This document shows, in pieces, positions 36,900-48,139 of a stretch of 64,000 nt of DNA. Source of the DNA: Eutreptiella sp. 'Long Island Sound 2002' (lineage: Eukaryota; Protista; Euglenida); the NCBI GenBank assembly GCA_964036045.1, contig OZ038379.1, forward strand, positions 66,836,001-66,900,000. The letters run 5' to 3'. Below the pieces are notes generated by a model, which worked only from the letters and a program-made list of their open reading frames with translations, made no database searches and was not told the origin of the DNA. The translations under genes were made by a program, and so were the position numbers. Numbering within the stretch: position 1 is the first letter of the stretch; each line of letters starts with the position of its first letter.

Positions 36900-38878
36900 A
36901 TGGCTTTCTCTGGGGACACCATTCTCGAGCCAAGTATGACACTCACGCGTTTGTGTGGCGCCAAGAATTTGCGTGACGCATTGGTCTCCCAACTCCTTGG
37001 TGAGTGGGTGGCCTCATCTCTTTTGGCTAAGGCCCGTTGGTACCCGGCCACTGAGGTTCCCCAACTTCCCTTCATCCGTAACAAACAAATAGAGGCGGTG
37101 AAGCAATATGCCTCGGTCCTCTTCCCGGCACCCGAGTTGATCTGGCTACTTATGGATTTGAATGTCCCCAAGCTGGGCTTCCGGCCTGTGTTGGAGTTCA
37201 TGACCCGCCGGGGGTCTGCTTACACCGCCGCAACGGGCCTCCCATTCCCCCGACCCATCCCTTCACGTGACCGCTTCACGGTTGCTTGGAAAGAGTTGTT
37301 GAAGCCCCTTGTGCTAGATCCACCCGTGTCCGTGCCGGAGCCCCCTACAAGCGGCCGCTCTTGGCCGCTACAATCCTTGGCCCGCTACATGCAATCGCGC
37401 CCACCCCTTGTTGACACCATCGATTGGAAGAGGCCGCTCACTTTCCTCCTCCGCGGGGACGCTTACCCGTTTGCCGGTGGAAGTTGTACCCAACTATCCC
37501 TTGGCCTCCGCAACCGCGGCGCACGGGCCCGCACGCTACCTATGGCTGATTGGGATGGCCGTATGTGGGAATAAGGACATGGCTACGCTAGCAGCAATAT
37601 TGCCCAAAAACCTGCGCGCACACAGCCGGCTTCTTTTGCTTTTGTTTTGGCGTTAATTTCTCGGGGTTACTATTTAATGTTTCGCAAATATTAACGCCAA
37701 CTGAAAAATTAATCTAATATTAACCTCGAAACATTGATGCAAAAATTAATTCCTTTTTTTTTTAGGTGTTGCAGTCCGTACATGACTCCAAGAGGTTCTA
37801 TTGGGGGTAGAAGTGGGTGGAGAGTGAGTTGATCATTGGAGGTGACCAACTCTTTGTGAGACGCCTTGTTGGCGTCTCAATGTTGCCCATGGTGGGCTCA
37901 ATGCACAATATTGGCGTGAGGGACAAGGTTGCGGCGGCATAGGTGAAGGCGAGGGTCCACCGCACATTGCAGGGGGACGCGTGGGCTCGTCTCCGCTATC
38001 AAGAGACGGGCCTCCGCTTGGAAAAAGGGGGGTGCGTAGGGGACCCATACATCGTGGTGGAGCGGTGCTTGGTCTTCCTATGCATCCTCCTTTGTTGCAT
38101 GGCGATGGGGCCGCCTCCAAGTGGCCTTCATTGGGTCTCGCCTAGGGGGCCTTCCCAAGGACAACGCCACAGCCCTGCAACGCGTGCTATACCGGTCACA
38201 CATGGGTGTCCGGCTGGGATCCTCGGCCGCACCTCACAGAGAGGAAGCACGGGCGTTGTTCCTCGCATGGGAGGAAATCGGGCCACTATTGGCCTATGCC
38301 CCGCACGATGCAGAGTGGCAAGCCGTGTTTGCCATGCGGGACCTCGTCCGCGTCTTGTACTGTGATACCCCACCTTGGTCCGATCTACGTGCCTCCGAGG
38401 TTGCGCGGGCCCAAAGCTTGCAACGCTGCAAGGCCGCCTGCCAATTGAAGTACCTCTTCTACTTGGAGGGGGAGGCCACATTGGCGCTAGCTAATGCGGC
38501 GGCGCTTGGGGTTGGTTTGGGCCCGGTGCGCTGATGTGGTTGAGAGCCTCAACACCATTCTCAAGCGGGTCTACAATCACCAAACGGCCTGCGCGCTGGG
38601 GGGGGGTGGGGGATGCCGGCCGCGACGGCATTACAACGGGATGGGGAGGTGGTATTGCAAGCTTGGGAGTATTGGTTTTTAAATTTTGACCTTCAATTGC
38701 AACACCATGGGCTGCCTCATACTGCCCCCCGTATCATGGCCAAACTGATGGCCACCCAAAGTCCCCCGGCCTTCACCTTCTCCGTGCCACCCTCAGCTCT
38801 TGTTTTGCCACCACGTGGACCAAGAAAATTTGAAGTCCCTTTTTGGGGACCTTCTAAAAGCTCAAGAAGACTGCATGG
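36900..38878 (+). pseudogene. RAG1/Transib-like DDE transposase, two exons (36900-~37618; 37766-38878), copy A
   Basis: Candidate triad RGDA (D at 37458), IIGGDQLFVRRLVG (D at 37844) and ADVVESLNTILKR (E at 38542); also GMAVCG(N/D)KD and FLCIL(H)CCMAMG. The AG acceptor at 37765 is conserved in copy C at 58529. Confidence 0.6.
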
Positions 38879-39275
38879 TATGGTTGCTTTGCTTGTGTTC
38901 ATGTTTGCATGTGAGTTAATTTCTCGGAAGTCTCGTTTAGTTTTGTAGGTTAATATTAACAACGGCAACATTTAGTGTTTAATATATTAATTACTTTTTG
39001 GTGTTTAAATATTTACCTTGCAATTGTTAATGGTCGGTGTCAAAAATTAACCTTTTTTGGTTTTTTTTCCAAATGGGGTACGTGGAAGCACGCTTGGCAA
39101 CAACAGCAGCGGTACCAGCTTCAACAGCAACACCAGCAGCAGCATCTGCAGCAGCAGCCGCAGCAGCCGCACGACCTCTTTCGCCGCCGAGTCCAGGGGG
39201 AGGGGAGTCAAGTGAAGACTCCTCTGATTTGCACCGGGACAAGAAAAGTGGGACGAACAAGAAAAAGAGAGAGAG

Positions 39276-39278
<3 letters not shown>

Positions 39279-39344
<66 letters not shown>
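39279..39344. repeat. (GA)33 microsatellite, left flank of the retrotransposon
   Basis: Direct count: 66 bp. Confidence 0.97.
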
Positions 39345-39346
<2 letters not shown>

Positions 39347-42300
39347 ACCGCTCCGACAATTCACGGCGGGGTCGAGGACATGGACTTCGCTGGGGTTGCG
39401 GTATGTTGGAGATCCAGCGCAAATAACCAATCAGGTGAAGAGGGGTGGAAAAGTTTTGGAAACAGCGATCGATCATGGCTTCGCGGGGGGGCATTTTCGC
39501 GATGGCGTACGACATTTAATCCCGGGAGTGGGCTCGCACTTAGCACAGCTGTTCAAAGTGCGTATCCCAGGGCTCTTTGTCAGGCCGTTTGGCTGGAAGA
39601 GATATCCTTGGCGCAGAACGGTGGACCGGGACAGAGTAGCCCTGATGGATGCCATGGAGGTTTACTGGTACTGGGCGGCAATTGGAGGGGCAGAGCCGGA
39701 CCAGTTCGTGGGGGTCTACCACCACGTGGCCGACCAACTGGTCTACAGGGATCCGACAGGTGTCAGAAGCCAGTTTGTGAAGCGGCTGCGGTCTGAGGAA
39801 GACACTGCAGGACTCTTGGCGTGCAAAAGAAGAGCACTTGCAGCGAAGGAGGAGTTGCTGGAATTAGGTGTGAAAATTCATGACAAGGAGGAGTCTGAGA
39901 ACGTGGGAATCACCAGCGCCACACGCACTCACATGCGGCTGACGCGGGCGTCCCTCACAGTGTTCGGGGGCATCAAAGGGCACCCGGAGAAATCGTACGT
40001 CGACGTGGAGGAGGAACTGAGGGAGCTAAGTCGTCAGGCCGAGGAAAACAATTTATACCGAGGAGAGCTTCTGCAACTCGATGTTCTGGAGGAAGCTTAT
40101 AGGGAGCTGTTGAGTAGGGAGCGCTGTGTGGACAGACCGCCGGACGAGTTATGGATTGCAATGAGGCGGCGACGCTTGAACCCAGAGAACCACCAAGGTA
40201 GGAAATTGTTTGCGGAGGAGCTGATAGCGGAGGGGTCCTGTACCATGCGCAGGCTCTGTAAGGTGCCGCGAAGGCCCATGAGGGATGCCACGGCAATGGA
40301 TCTACTGCCGTCGTCGCAGTTGAAGCAGGGCGGCATGGTGGCGAGGCACTGCATGCTGACAATAATTGAACAACTGTCAGTGGGTATCGCCTCGATGTTC
40401 AACTCAGTGGCGCACTACGGTATTCGCAAGAAGGAGCCCTATTATTATCTCAGCGGGTACCGGCACATTTTCGTAGAAACATCCCACTCACGAGTGAGCA
40501 CAGCGCTGGACCACTCCTTGCTGAGCGACGTCTGTGAACTGACTGGGCTCTGGGGACCGAATCTCTTCTCGTACCGCAAGGGTTTTAACCCAGCCCAAAT
40601 GGCCATCATCCTGCGTCGCTGTGCGTACAAGATACTGGAGATCCATGGGGAGATTTGGCTGCTGGACTGGGACGAGACGGGCGCATTCCCCAAATTGCAA
40701 CTCCAAAACTTGGATGCCCTGTTGCGCATGGCAGCGAACTGGCGCAGCGTAGGCGGTCAGCCCGGTATTTACACAGTGGGACATCCCGAAGAAGAGGAAG
40801 GAGTTTCGCAGGAGGAGGCGGTATGGTTCTGCCAAGACCGTTTCGATCAGTTCTACAGACGGCAGGTCATCTACCCCGTCACTGAGCATGGCCTCGGAGA
40901 GCCGTACGGCGCGGGAGACGGGCTCCTGGAGGGGGACAGTGCAGCACCGGCAGTCTATCAGACAGCAAGTGCAGTGAGGACCCGGTGCAGCCTCGTGTCA
41001 GAAGCGGTGCATTTCTCCAAGGGTGACAAGGTGCTCGGGGTCAGTGAGCTAATGTTCAGTGATGACCGCAGATTATTCCATTTCCGTAAGGAATACTTTG
41101 AGGACCTGACATGGGACCACATCGAGACGACCAAGAGTGCAGGAGGAATAGTGAACCCAGGCAAGTTAGAACTGTTCCACGCAGTGTCGCCCCAAGGGGT
41201 TCTGCAGCTGGACGAGGAGGAAGCGTGTGTAAGCCTTATGATGCGAGCCTCCAAGCAGCCTCCAACGTGCATCGGCGTGCCGGTATTCCAAGAAATGAAG
41301 CCCCTCCAATGGCTCTCTGCGACGGCGGCACAGTGGAGGAAGCTGACGCCTAGTATCGTTAGAGCCGATTTCTTGCCCATTAAGACAGTCCGAGTGATCA
41401 TGGCCTTCATGGTGGCCCGATTTGACTATGCAGCGTCAGCTTACCTCTTTAGAGAGGAGTGGCTGAGGGACTTGCAGCAGATCATCGACAGGACTTTCTG
41501 CGAGGCGCATGGCCTGTCGATCAGGGTGGCTAAGCTATTCCTGTATTTGCCCCCCCTGTGGGGTGGCACAGGCTGCCCGTGGCTGCCTTTGAGGGCTGAG
41601 ATGCGGTATGTGCGCCAAGTGCTGAAGATGCCGTACAGCCGCAGTGGACTGGCTCAGATGGTAGCGGTTGAGCTGCTCGATGAAGAAACTCCCGGGGACG
41701 ACGTTCAGCAAATTTGGCGCGTGTTGCGGGCATTCAAGATAATGCTGTTGACAGCGAGAGGGGCGCCTCTGCCCAGACCGATGGCGCCCTCTGGTGGTAA
41801 CGACGAGCCCTGGCTGCTTGTGACGGATGGAGGGGTGAGAGGCAGACGCGGGGGCATTGGAATGGTACTGGCCAAGGCGGGCCGCATTCTGGAGGTGCGG
41901 GGTTTCGGTTTGAGAGTGCACGCGGGCAGTTCAATAGCAATGGAGCAATTGGCTAAATCGACATGGATTGAGATGCTCGATCACTTGCCAGGGGTCAAAC
42001 TGGTTGCGGCGGACTCCTCGGCGGGGGCTTTCACGGGCATCAAGCTTCCTTCGTATGGAACCTGGTTAGATGACCTGGTCCGAGGGGCATACGGTAAGTC
42101 AGTCAAAACGTATGGAGAGGCTTGGGTGGAAGCGCAGCATGACAGCGGGTTGGCAGAGTTCCTTTCAACTTGCAACCGGTTCGCTGATGAGCAGGCTACG
42201 GCACAAATGGAGGCGTCGAAAGAAGGAGAGTTCTTTCTTCCCAAAGAGCTGGTTCCGGGACCGGTCTTCAGCATAGGAGGGGCTGTGGTAGTGGCCTTGG

Positions 42301-44317
42301 ATGAGACGTTGGACCAGATTTACAACGAAGCGATTAGACATAGGGCTGCAGCAGGACTAGCCGGATGGGATGCCAGGTGGTCGGCCTACGACCAAGTGAA
42401 GGCATTCGAAGGAGGGGCCATAGTCTCGTCCAGCTTCAAGAAGTTGATGCTTCTCCGAGCGTTCGGTATGCAGATGGAGGTCGCCGGAGAAGGCCAGCAA
42501 TGCCACTGGTGTGGGGCGGCGGACTCCCTGCGGGCCTCGCACCTGCAGTTCCACTGCCCAGAGTTCTATCTAAAGTGGGTCCAGGTGACTCACAAGCTGG
42601 CAGGAACGCTTCACCGACTGGGGGTCTGATCTCTCACTGTGGTGTCCGACCTGGAGGTCGTGTTCTCAAGACAGGGTAAGAAAATGTGGATGAGCGTGAT
42701 GGCGGACGGCGATCTGAACGGGTATCTGCAGCGGAAGGCGCCCGACGACGTTATGGCATTCAGCTGGTCAGGAAGGTACTACTCCTCCGGTCCATGGGCC
42801 AATGCGTGGAATGGGAGTCCTATTGCACTGCAGGATCTGTTCTACTGTTGGAGTGAGGCTTCTCAGTTGAGCCTGCATGAACTGCAGATGAGTCTCGTCC
42901 GGGAGCGCAGAACGTGGGAGCATGAGAGGTCCACACTGGTGCTGACGGGAGGGGCCAGACATATCTCACTGGTGGAGTCAATCACGGCATCCTGGCTGGC
43001 CAGAGGATGTGGAAATTGGAGGATGTGGCAATGGGGTCTGCCAGTGATCGACAGCCCGAGACTGCAGACTAGTCGAGACCTGGAGCCGGTGATAGTGGTG
43101 GTGGGTCGAGTCAGGTCAGTAGGATTGGAGCGCCACAACTACGAGATATTCGTGGGAGAGGAGGCGAGATCCTTTCAAAGCGATGGGGAGTTCGAGTACT
43201 TCGATCTCCCGGTCCCGTTCGCATGGACGCGGGGGATTCCATGGGCGCTAACGGAAGCACTTAAAGGTCTTCTGAGGCAGTTGCAGCATTAACGAATCGC
43301 AGGGTCGGCCCAGGAACAGTGCTCCTCCGCGCAGTTTCACGACGTCAGGCGATCCACTTCAATTCCATTTTATTTTTTTCCTACTTTTATTTTTCAAGTA
43401 CACTCAAGAGAGGTTGGTTTACTATTCTGCGGTGACTCATTGACGGCTGTTCAGCATGCACTGTCCGAGTGTTAGAGCACAAGAGGGCAGGCCACAACAA
43501 TGAGGGCCGCTGACACCCAGTATTCTTTTTATTTATCTTTATTTATTTCAGCATATGCAGCTCAAGCCTGGTAGTTGCGGCGTACGCACAGCAACAGCGG
43601 ACACCCACCAGCTCAGACGAGCCACTCAGGCGACTCATGGAGTGGCGCATTGGCGGGAGTCTCCCTTGGTTGAGTCGCACTGTGCCAGGGCTTGCTCAGG
43701 GTGACTGAGGGTTGAGAGTGGGCAATGGAGAGGACTCGGCATGGTTCAGTGAGACTGCAGGTTAAGGTTGACGGAAAAACAAACAACAATAACAAAGAAT
43801 TAAATTCTCAGCTGGCACGATTAAAATTTAAAAGGGGGCAAGCGACCGGGGGGCAGAGTACGAAAAGCGAAGGGAGCAGGAGTGGGGCGAGGACCCAACA
43901 AGACCTTCACCAGCCCCGAAAGGGGGCCACCCAGCGGTACGCAAGGTAGAGAGAGGATACGGGACCGCACAATTTCTAACAGCGAAGCAATTCAGAAATC
44001 GAGAGCGGGGCACAGGACCACTCAAGGGGCGAATAGAGCCAGCACATTTTCTAGGGAGCTAATTTTCAGGAATGACTGGTACGCATTTCAGCACTAAAGG
44101 AGGACCAACACTGGAGGCCCATGCAGCGGTACTGGGGGTGAGAGCAGGGGCCACTGTAGTCTCGAAAGCAAAAGCATCAGGAGCCAGTGGGGGCTCCACC
44201 ACCAGGACTTAAGGGGCACACCCTACGCAGCCCGGCACGGCGACTAGGGTTTTCAATGACCTCCAGGGGCTCACGTGGAGGCCTGCATAAGCAGCGGCCC
44301 AGCAAAGACAAGACAAG

Positions 44318-44320
<3 letters not shown>
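39345..44320 (+). mobile_element. Non-LTR retrotransposon (RT-RNase H-CCHC), probably 5'-truncated, ~1-kb 3' region
   Basis: A single long ORF between two (GA)n tracts. Host sequence resumes after the right tract (gagagagccag), as in the uninterrupted homolog at ~52060 (-). Confidence 0.85.
39396..43292 (+). CDS. Non-LTR RT-RNase H-Zn-knuckle polyprotein with one in-frame TGA (42627-42629)
   Basis: RT motifs: YRHIFV, FSYRKG, LLDWDETGAF, GLLEGDSAAPAVY, MFSDD (41055-41066), VNPGK, thumb LPPLWGGTG. RNase H: LVTDGG..GGIG, AMEQLA, AADS, WVEAQH, NRFADEQA. Zn knuckle CHWC...H...C. ORF 42639-43292 continues in the same frame. Confidence 0.9.

Positions 44321-44386
<66 letters not shown>
44321..44386. 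repeat. (AG)33 microsatellite, right flank of the retrotransposon
   Basis: Direct count: 66 bp, preceded by (GACAA)3. Confidence 0.97.
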
Positions 44387-44388
<2 letters not shown>

Positions 44389-45364
44389 AGACTTGTGGGG
44401 CGAGGGGGGGGCGGGGTCAGGTTGGAGGCTGGTGGGGAAGAAGTGGTAGAGGAAGGGGGGGGGGGCGAGGCGATTGAGCAAGGGGACGGGAAGGTGGGGC
44501 AGGCCAAATCCCCCAACCCCTCCCCAAAAAAATAACCCTTCCCCAATTCCTCCTAAAGGCCCTTGGCCCCCGGGCAGCGGGCGCCCGCAAGGCAGAGGTG
44601 ATCCCCTGGTTTGCGTAGGCCGTGCAGGACGGCTCTGCAGGGGATCAAGCCCTTTTTGTGGGCGGCACGCACGCCCACATGACCTTGGCTCGGCGAAGGC
44701 AAGGCCACCCGGCGCCTGGACACTGAGCGTGGGGGCACGTGGACGTGGCGCCCACTGCCGGGCGAGCTCGTGAGCCCCTTGCGTGAGGCCATCAGTGTGG
44801 CCTCTCTTAGCTCACTCAACCTATGCGGCGATGCACGTGGCGTGCGGTTTGGAATCGCACATTTCCTTGTCAGCGTGCAACATTGGGTCTCGTTGGGATG
44901 GTGCGAGCAGTGGCGACAAGGAAATACGGTTGGCTTCATGGTCCCGTGGATGGCAGTGCTAGCCGGAGCGCCTCCGTTGTATCACCCCGCCGTGCAGCAC
45001 CAATATGAGGGCACAGGGGTCGGCACGCATGCCAGCCTGACCGCATTCCGAGTCAGGCCGTGCCCGCTTCAGCTACTCCCCACCCCCACCCGCCGACGTC
45101 ATGGGGGATCTTGTGGAGGCGCCGACGGCCTCCACACTATTTCGGATAGCGATGGGCGCTGTCTAGGCGTAGGGCGCATCGAGTGGTTTTGAGGTATGCT
45201 TGTTTGCTTGCTAGTTAATATTTCGTCAGTCGTGGTTAATTTTTTCAGGGGAACATTTAATTTTTCGCTCGGCGGCACAAAAATTTAATTGAACAGTTGA
45301 TATTAAGTTCGAAAAAAAAAACATAGCAAAATTTGATCATTTCCCCACTTGTTCTTCTAACAAG

Positions 45365-46230
45365 TAGTGGATGTTGTGGTCCACTCTAGGGATGCGCGGC
45401 CGCTGCGCATCGCGCGGCGTGACCAGGACCAAGCGCAAGAGCTGCCATTGGGTAGCCTGCACCGCTTGCTTGCGACTGACTCCACCAAGGGGTTGGCCAT
45501 CCTAAGGGGTTTGAGGGGTTGGAAACGTGGGAGGGTTTGCTTGGAGGTGTGGGTGGCCTCCAAGCAGTACACGGCTGGGGAGTGGGCCAGGATGGGACAG
45601 GTGGGGTACACAAGGGCGGAGGATTAGGGGGTGTGGGCAGGGGTGGTAGGCAGTGATTGGGAAGGGGAGGAAGAGGTGCAACAAGTGAAGGAAGATAGCT
45701 GCCCCCCGCCCCCCAAAGGCCAAAGCACTTCCCCCCGAACCCTCAGCCACCACAACTGGTGGCAAGTTATCATATGCCCCCCCCCCCGGTCAAAAAAGAA
45801 AGCCTTGTCCCCCCCCCCCCCCGGCGACAAAGGCCATCCCCCCGCCCTCAAGACAACCCCCCCTCCCCAAAGGGGGGGAATACTGTGGACGACCCCATCG
45901 TCGGCACCAAGCTCCACATCCTATATTCACAGAGTGTGGAGGTGGGCATCATGCGTGCTGTCCTCCGAAGGAAGGCGGGGTTGTCTGGGTGGAATACCCA
46001 GACAAGCCCACGCTCTACGACGTTGCCCGCAACCTCCTGTTGCCCTCCCCCAAGGCCGCCCATGAATACCTTCAGCAGTTTCGCAAGCCCAGGGGCAAGG
46101 CCACCCCCCCTCCCCCCGAGCCTTCAGGCCAGCCTTACCTGAAGACTAACCCTTGAGACACCCCACGACTAACCCCTAGACTCACCCCAAGACGAACTAC
46201 CCGACAAACCGCAAACTAAAAAATAGCTGC
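45365..46230 (+). pseudogene. Downstream exon of transposon copy A with a Tudor/SH3-barrel-like domain
   Basis: AG acceptor at 45364. DPIVGTKLHILYSQSVEVG...VVWVEYPDKPTLYDVARNLL (frameshifted) is homologous to 60928-61128 and 48790-48965 (-). Confidence 0.5.
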
Positions 46231-48139
46231 AACCGTGACCCAACCCCCGACCCCACCCAGAAATTGTCGGACCCCAAAGAGGGGTGTGAAGAAGCATGTG
46301 AACACTTCACACTCCGACAGGTGACACGACCCGTGGAACAGTACAAAAACTGGCCATGATGGCTAGAAATGGTACCCGAATTGAAGAAAAAGGTATATGT
46401 TGTGTTGTTGTGTGTTTGTAGGGTATTTTAGCAAGCGTTAAATTTTGCAGAAAATTTTTTTTTTTTAGCACGTTAATATTATCTTGGGTGACACTTTATT
46501 TTTTAACGTTCCAAAAATTAGTTGAAACATTCAAATCCGAGATGAAACCTAACGTTCATTTTGATATTTTTTTGCAAGGAATCCGCCAGACTGCCCCCCC
46601 AACCCCAGGTTAAAATCACACCCCATCCCGTAAGGCACCCCATGGGGGTGCAATTCTTCCCGTCCAAATCCCTAAGTCCGCCCCTAAAAGGGTCAATTTT
46701 AAGTCAAGATATTGATTTTTGGCAAACAATTAAAGATATTGGTTGTGACATAGGTCTCTAGCGAAGTGGTTGTATGGGCGGATCCCGTGATGAAATTGGA
46801 AGCACCAAATGGTGCACAAATCCAAACTTGTGTGTGCCCAAACCTAAACCACACCAAATGCACTCATTGTAGCGCGACTGGAGCCGGTGCCCAAGAGAGT
46901 ACTCGCCGCACAGCGACGGGATTAGCTACCATTTGTTGCATTCTGTACTCCACAAAAGCGATCGCAGTTGATGTTTCCCTTTTCTACTTGCTACATGGTC
47001 CCATGCCCCATTCTGCTGTAGGTTGAACGGTATTTCTCCCTGGTTCATTGTGACCCACCATGCCCTGATATTGGAGGCCGCTGATTTTGGACACCCCTCA
47101 GTGGTCATGCCACTCAAGTCTTCACAATGACGTTGGACGCCTTGATTCCTGGAGCGCGGGATGTGCCACTCAATGGCCGCTTCGCAGCGTTGATGCAAGA
47201 TGGCCTTCATTTTTGCATACCATGTGGAAGCGTAGGAGACTTGGGTGCGGACAGTCGTGTAGTACGAGAGCACATTCGGCCACACTCCCATGTGGTTCAT
47301 TTACGACTTCCGGGAGGCTAGCGGATGCTTGCGGCTGCCGTGGACCCCTATCCTTGTTCTGTGCCACTTCCATTGCTTTGAGTTCAAGGAGAACGTTGAC
47401 AATGAGGAGGAGGGGAGGGTTGGGGCACGACCGCAACCCCGGGCAGAACATATGTTGCAGCGTGTGCGGACATTTGAACACGTGCACTACTTGCGCACCG
47501 CGTGGACAAATTGTCGTTTGTGTGGAAGGTCCCGCATGCCCCTGCATGGGGTAGATGGTAACACGGGAACGGGAGGAGGCGGATGACCATTTGGCAGTGT
47601 GTTGTTTCGGGTCACATGGATAGTCTCACTCCCTTATATGTTTTTTATTAACATCGGTCACACGAAGGAAAGGAAGAAGAATCCTGGCCTTTTGAAGATT
47701 ATGGTTTCCTTGCACCCAGTGGACCTTGTTGTCCCATTTTTGCGCCCACCTTTTTCGGCTTCTTGTTGCAGCTTACCATGGCAAACTGTGCCCAGGTATA
47801 GGGGTCTAGGCGTCCGTTTGGGCTAATTTTTGAAGGGGGAAAACCACCAAAAGTGGGTGGTTCTGGGTGGTGTAGGTGCGGTCAAAATCGACTTATGAGC
47901 CATGTAGCCCAACAGTTGGCCTATTGTTGGTTTGAAGGTGACAACATCCAATGTGCACAAATTTGCGGGCTTTTGCGGGGCGTTTTTGAGACGTATAGTG
48001 GAGTCAAAGGGGCTCCCGGGGGCTCTTTGACACAGGGAAGTCAAGGTGCGCGTGGAGTGTAGCCACCATTTCCCTCCTATTGACCCTTTTGAATTGATTC
48101 TAGAGTCGTTTTTGGCAAAAAGGGGTGTTTTTAGCCCTA

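Larger units (their letters stand above)
36599..46763 (+). mobile_element. TIR DNA transposon copy A (C-x-x-TAGAGACC family) with a nested retrotransposon
   Basis: Left end ctgTAGAGACCtacgttcacaccaatatg; right end (reverse complement) cgcTAGAGACCtatgtcacaaccaatatc. The interior is colinear with copy C (57332-61730). Confidence 0.8.

Noticed and set aside
39037-39430. ER/SL-repeat ORFs (also at 44187-44546)
   Set aside because: They are translations of the (GA)n microsatellites.
39396-39760. Remnant APE endonuclease at the retrotransposon N-terminus (VGDP, RDRV, YHHV)
   Set aside because: The matches to GDFN/ID/SDH are too degenerate to call without a profile search.
43300-44320. Ribozyme or second gene in the retrotransposon 3' region
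   Set aside because: No hammerhead/HDV core or convincing ORF was found by eye.
46960-47560. Possible pogo/DDE_1 motifs (ILD...SCH) and a CSVC-H-C knuckle in the A-B spacer
   Set aside because: The motifs are weak, in different frames and interrupted by stops.
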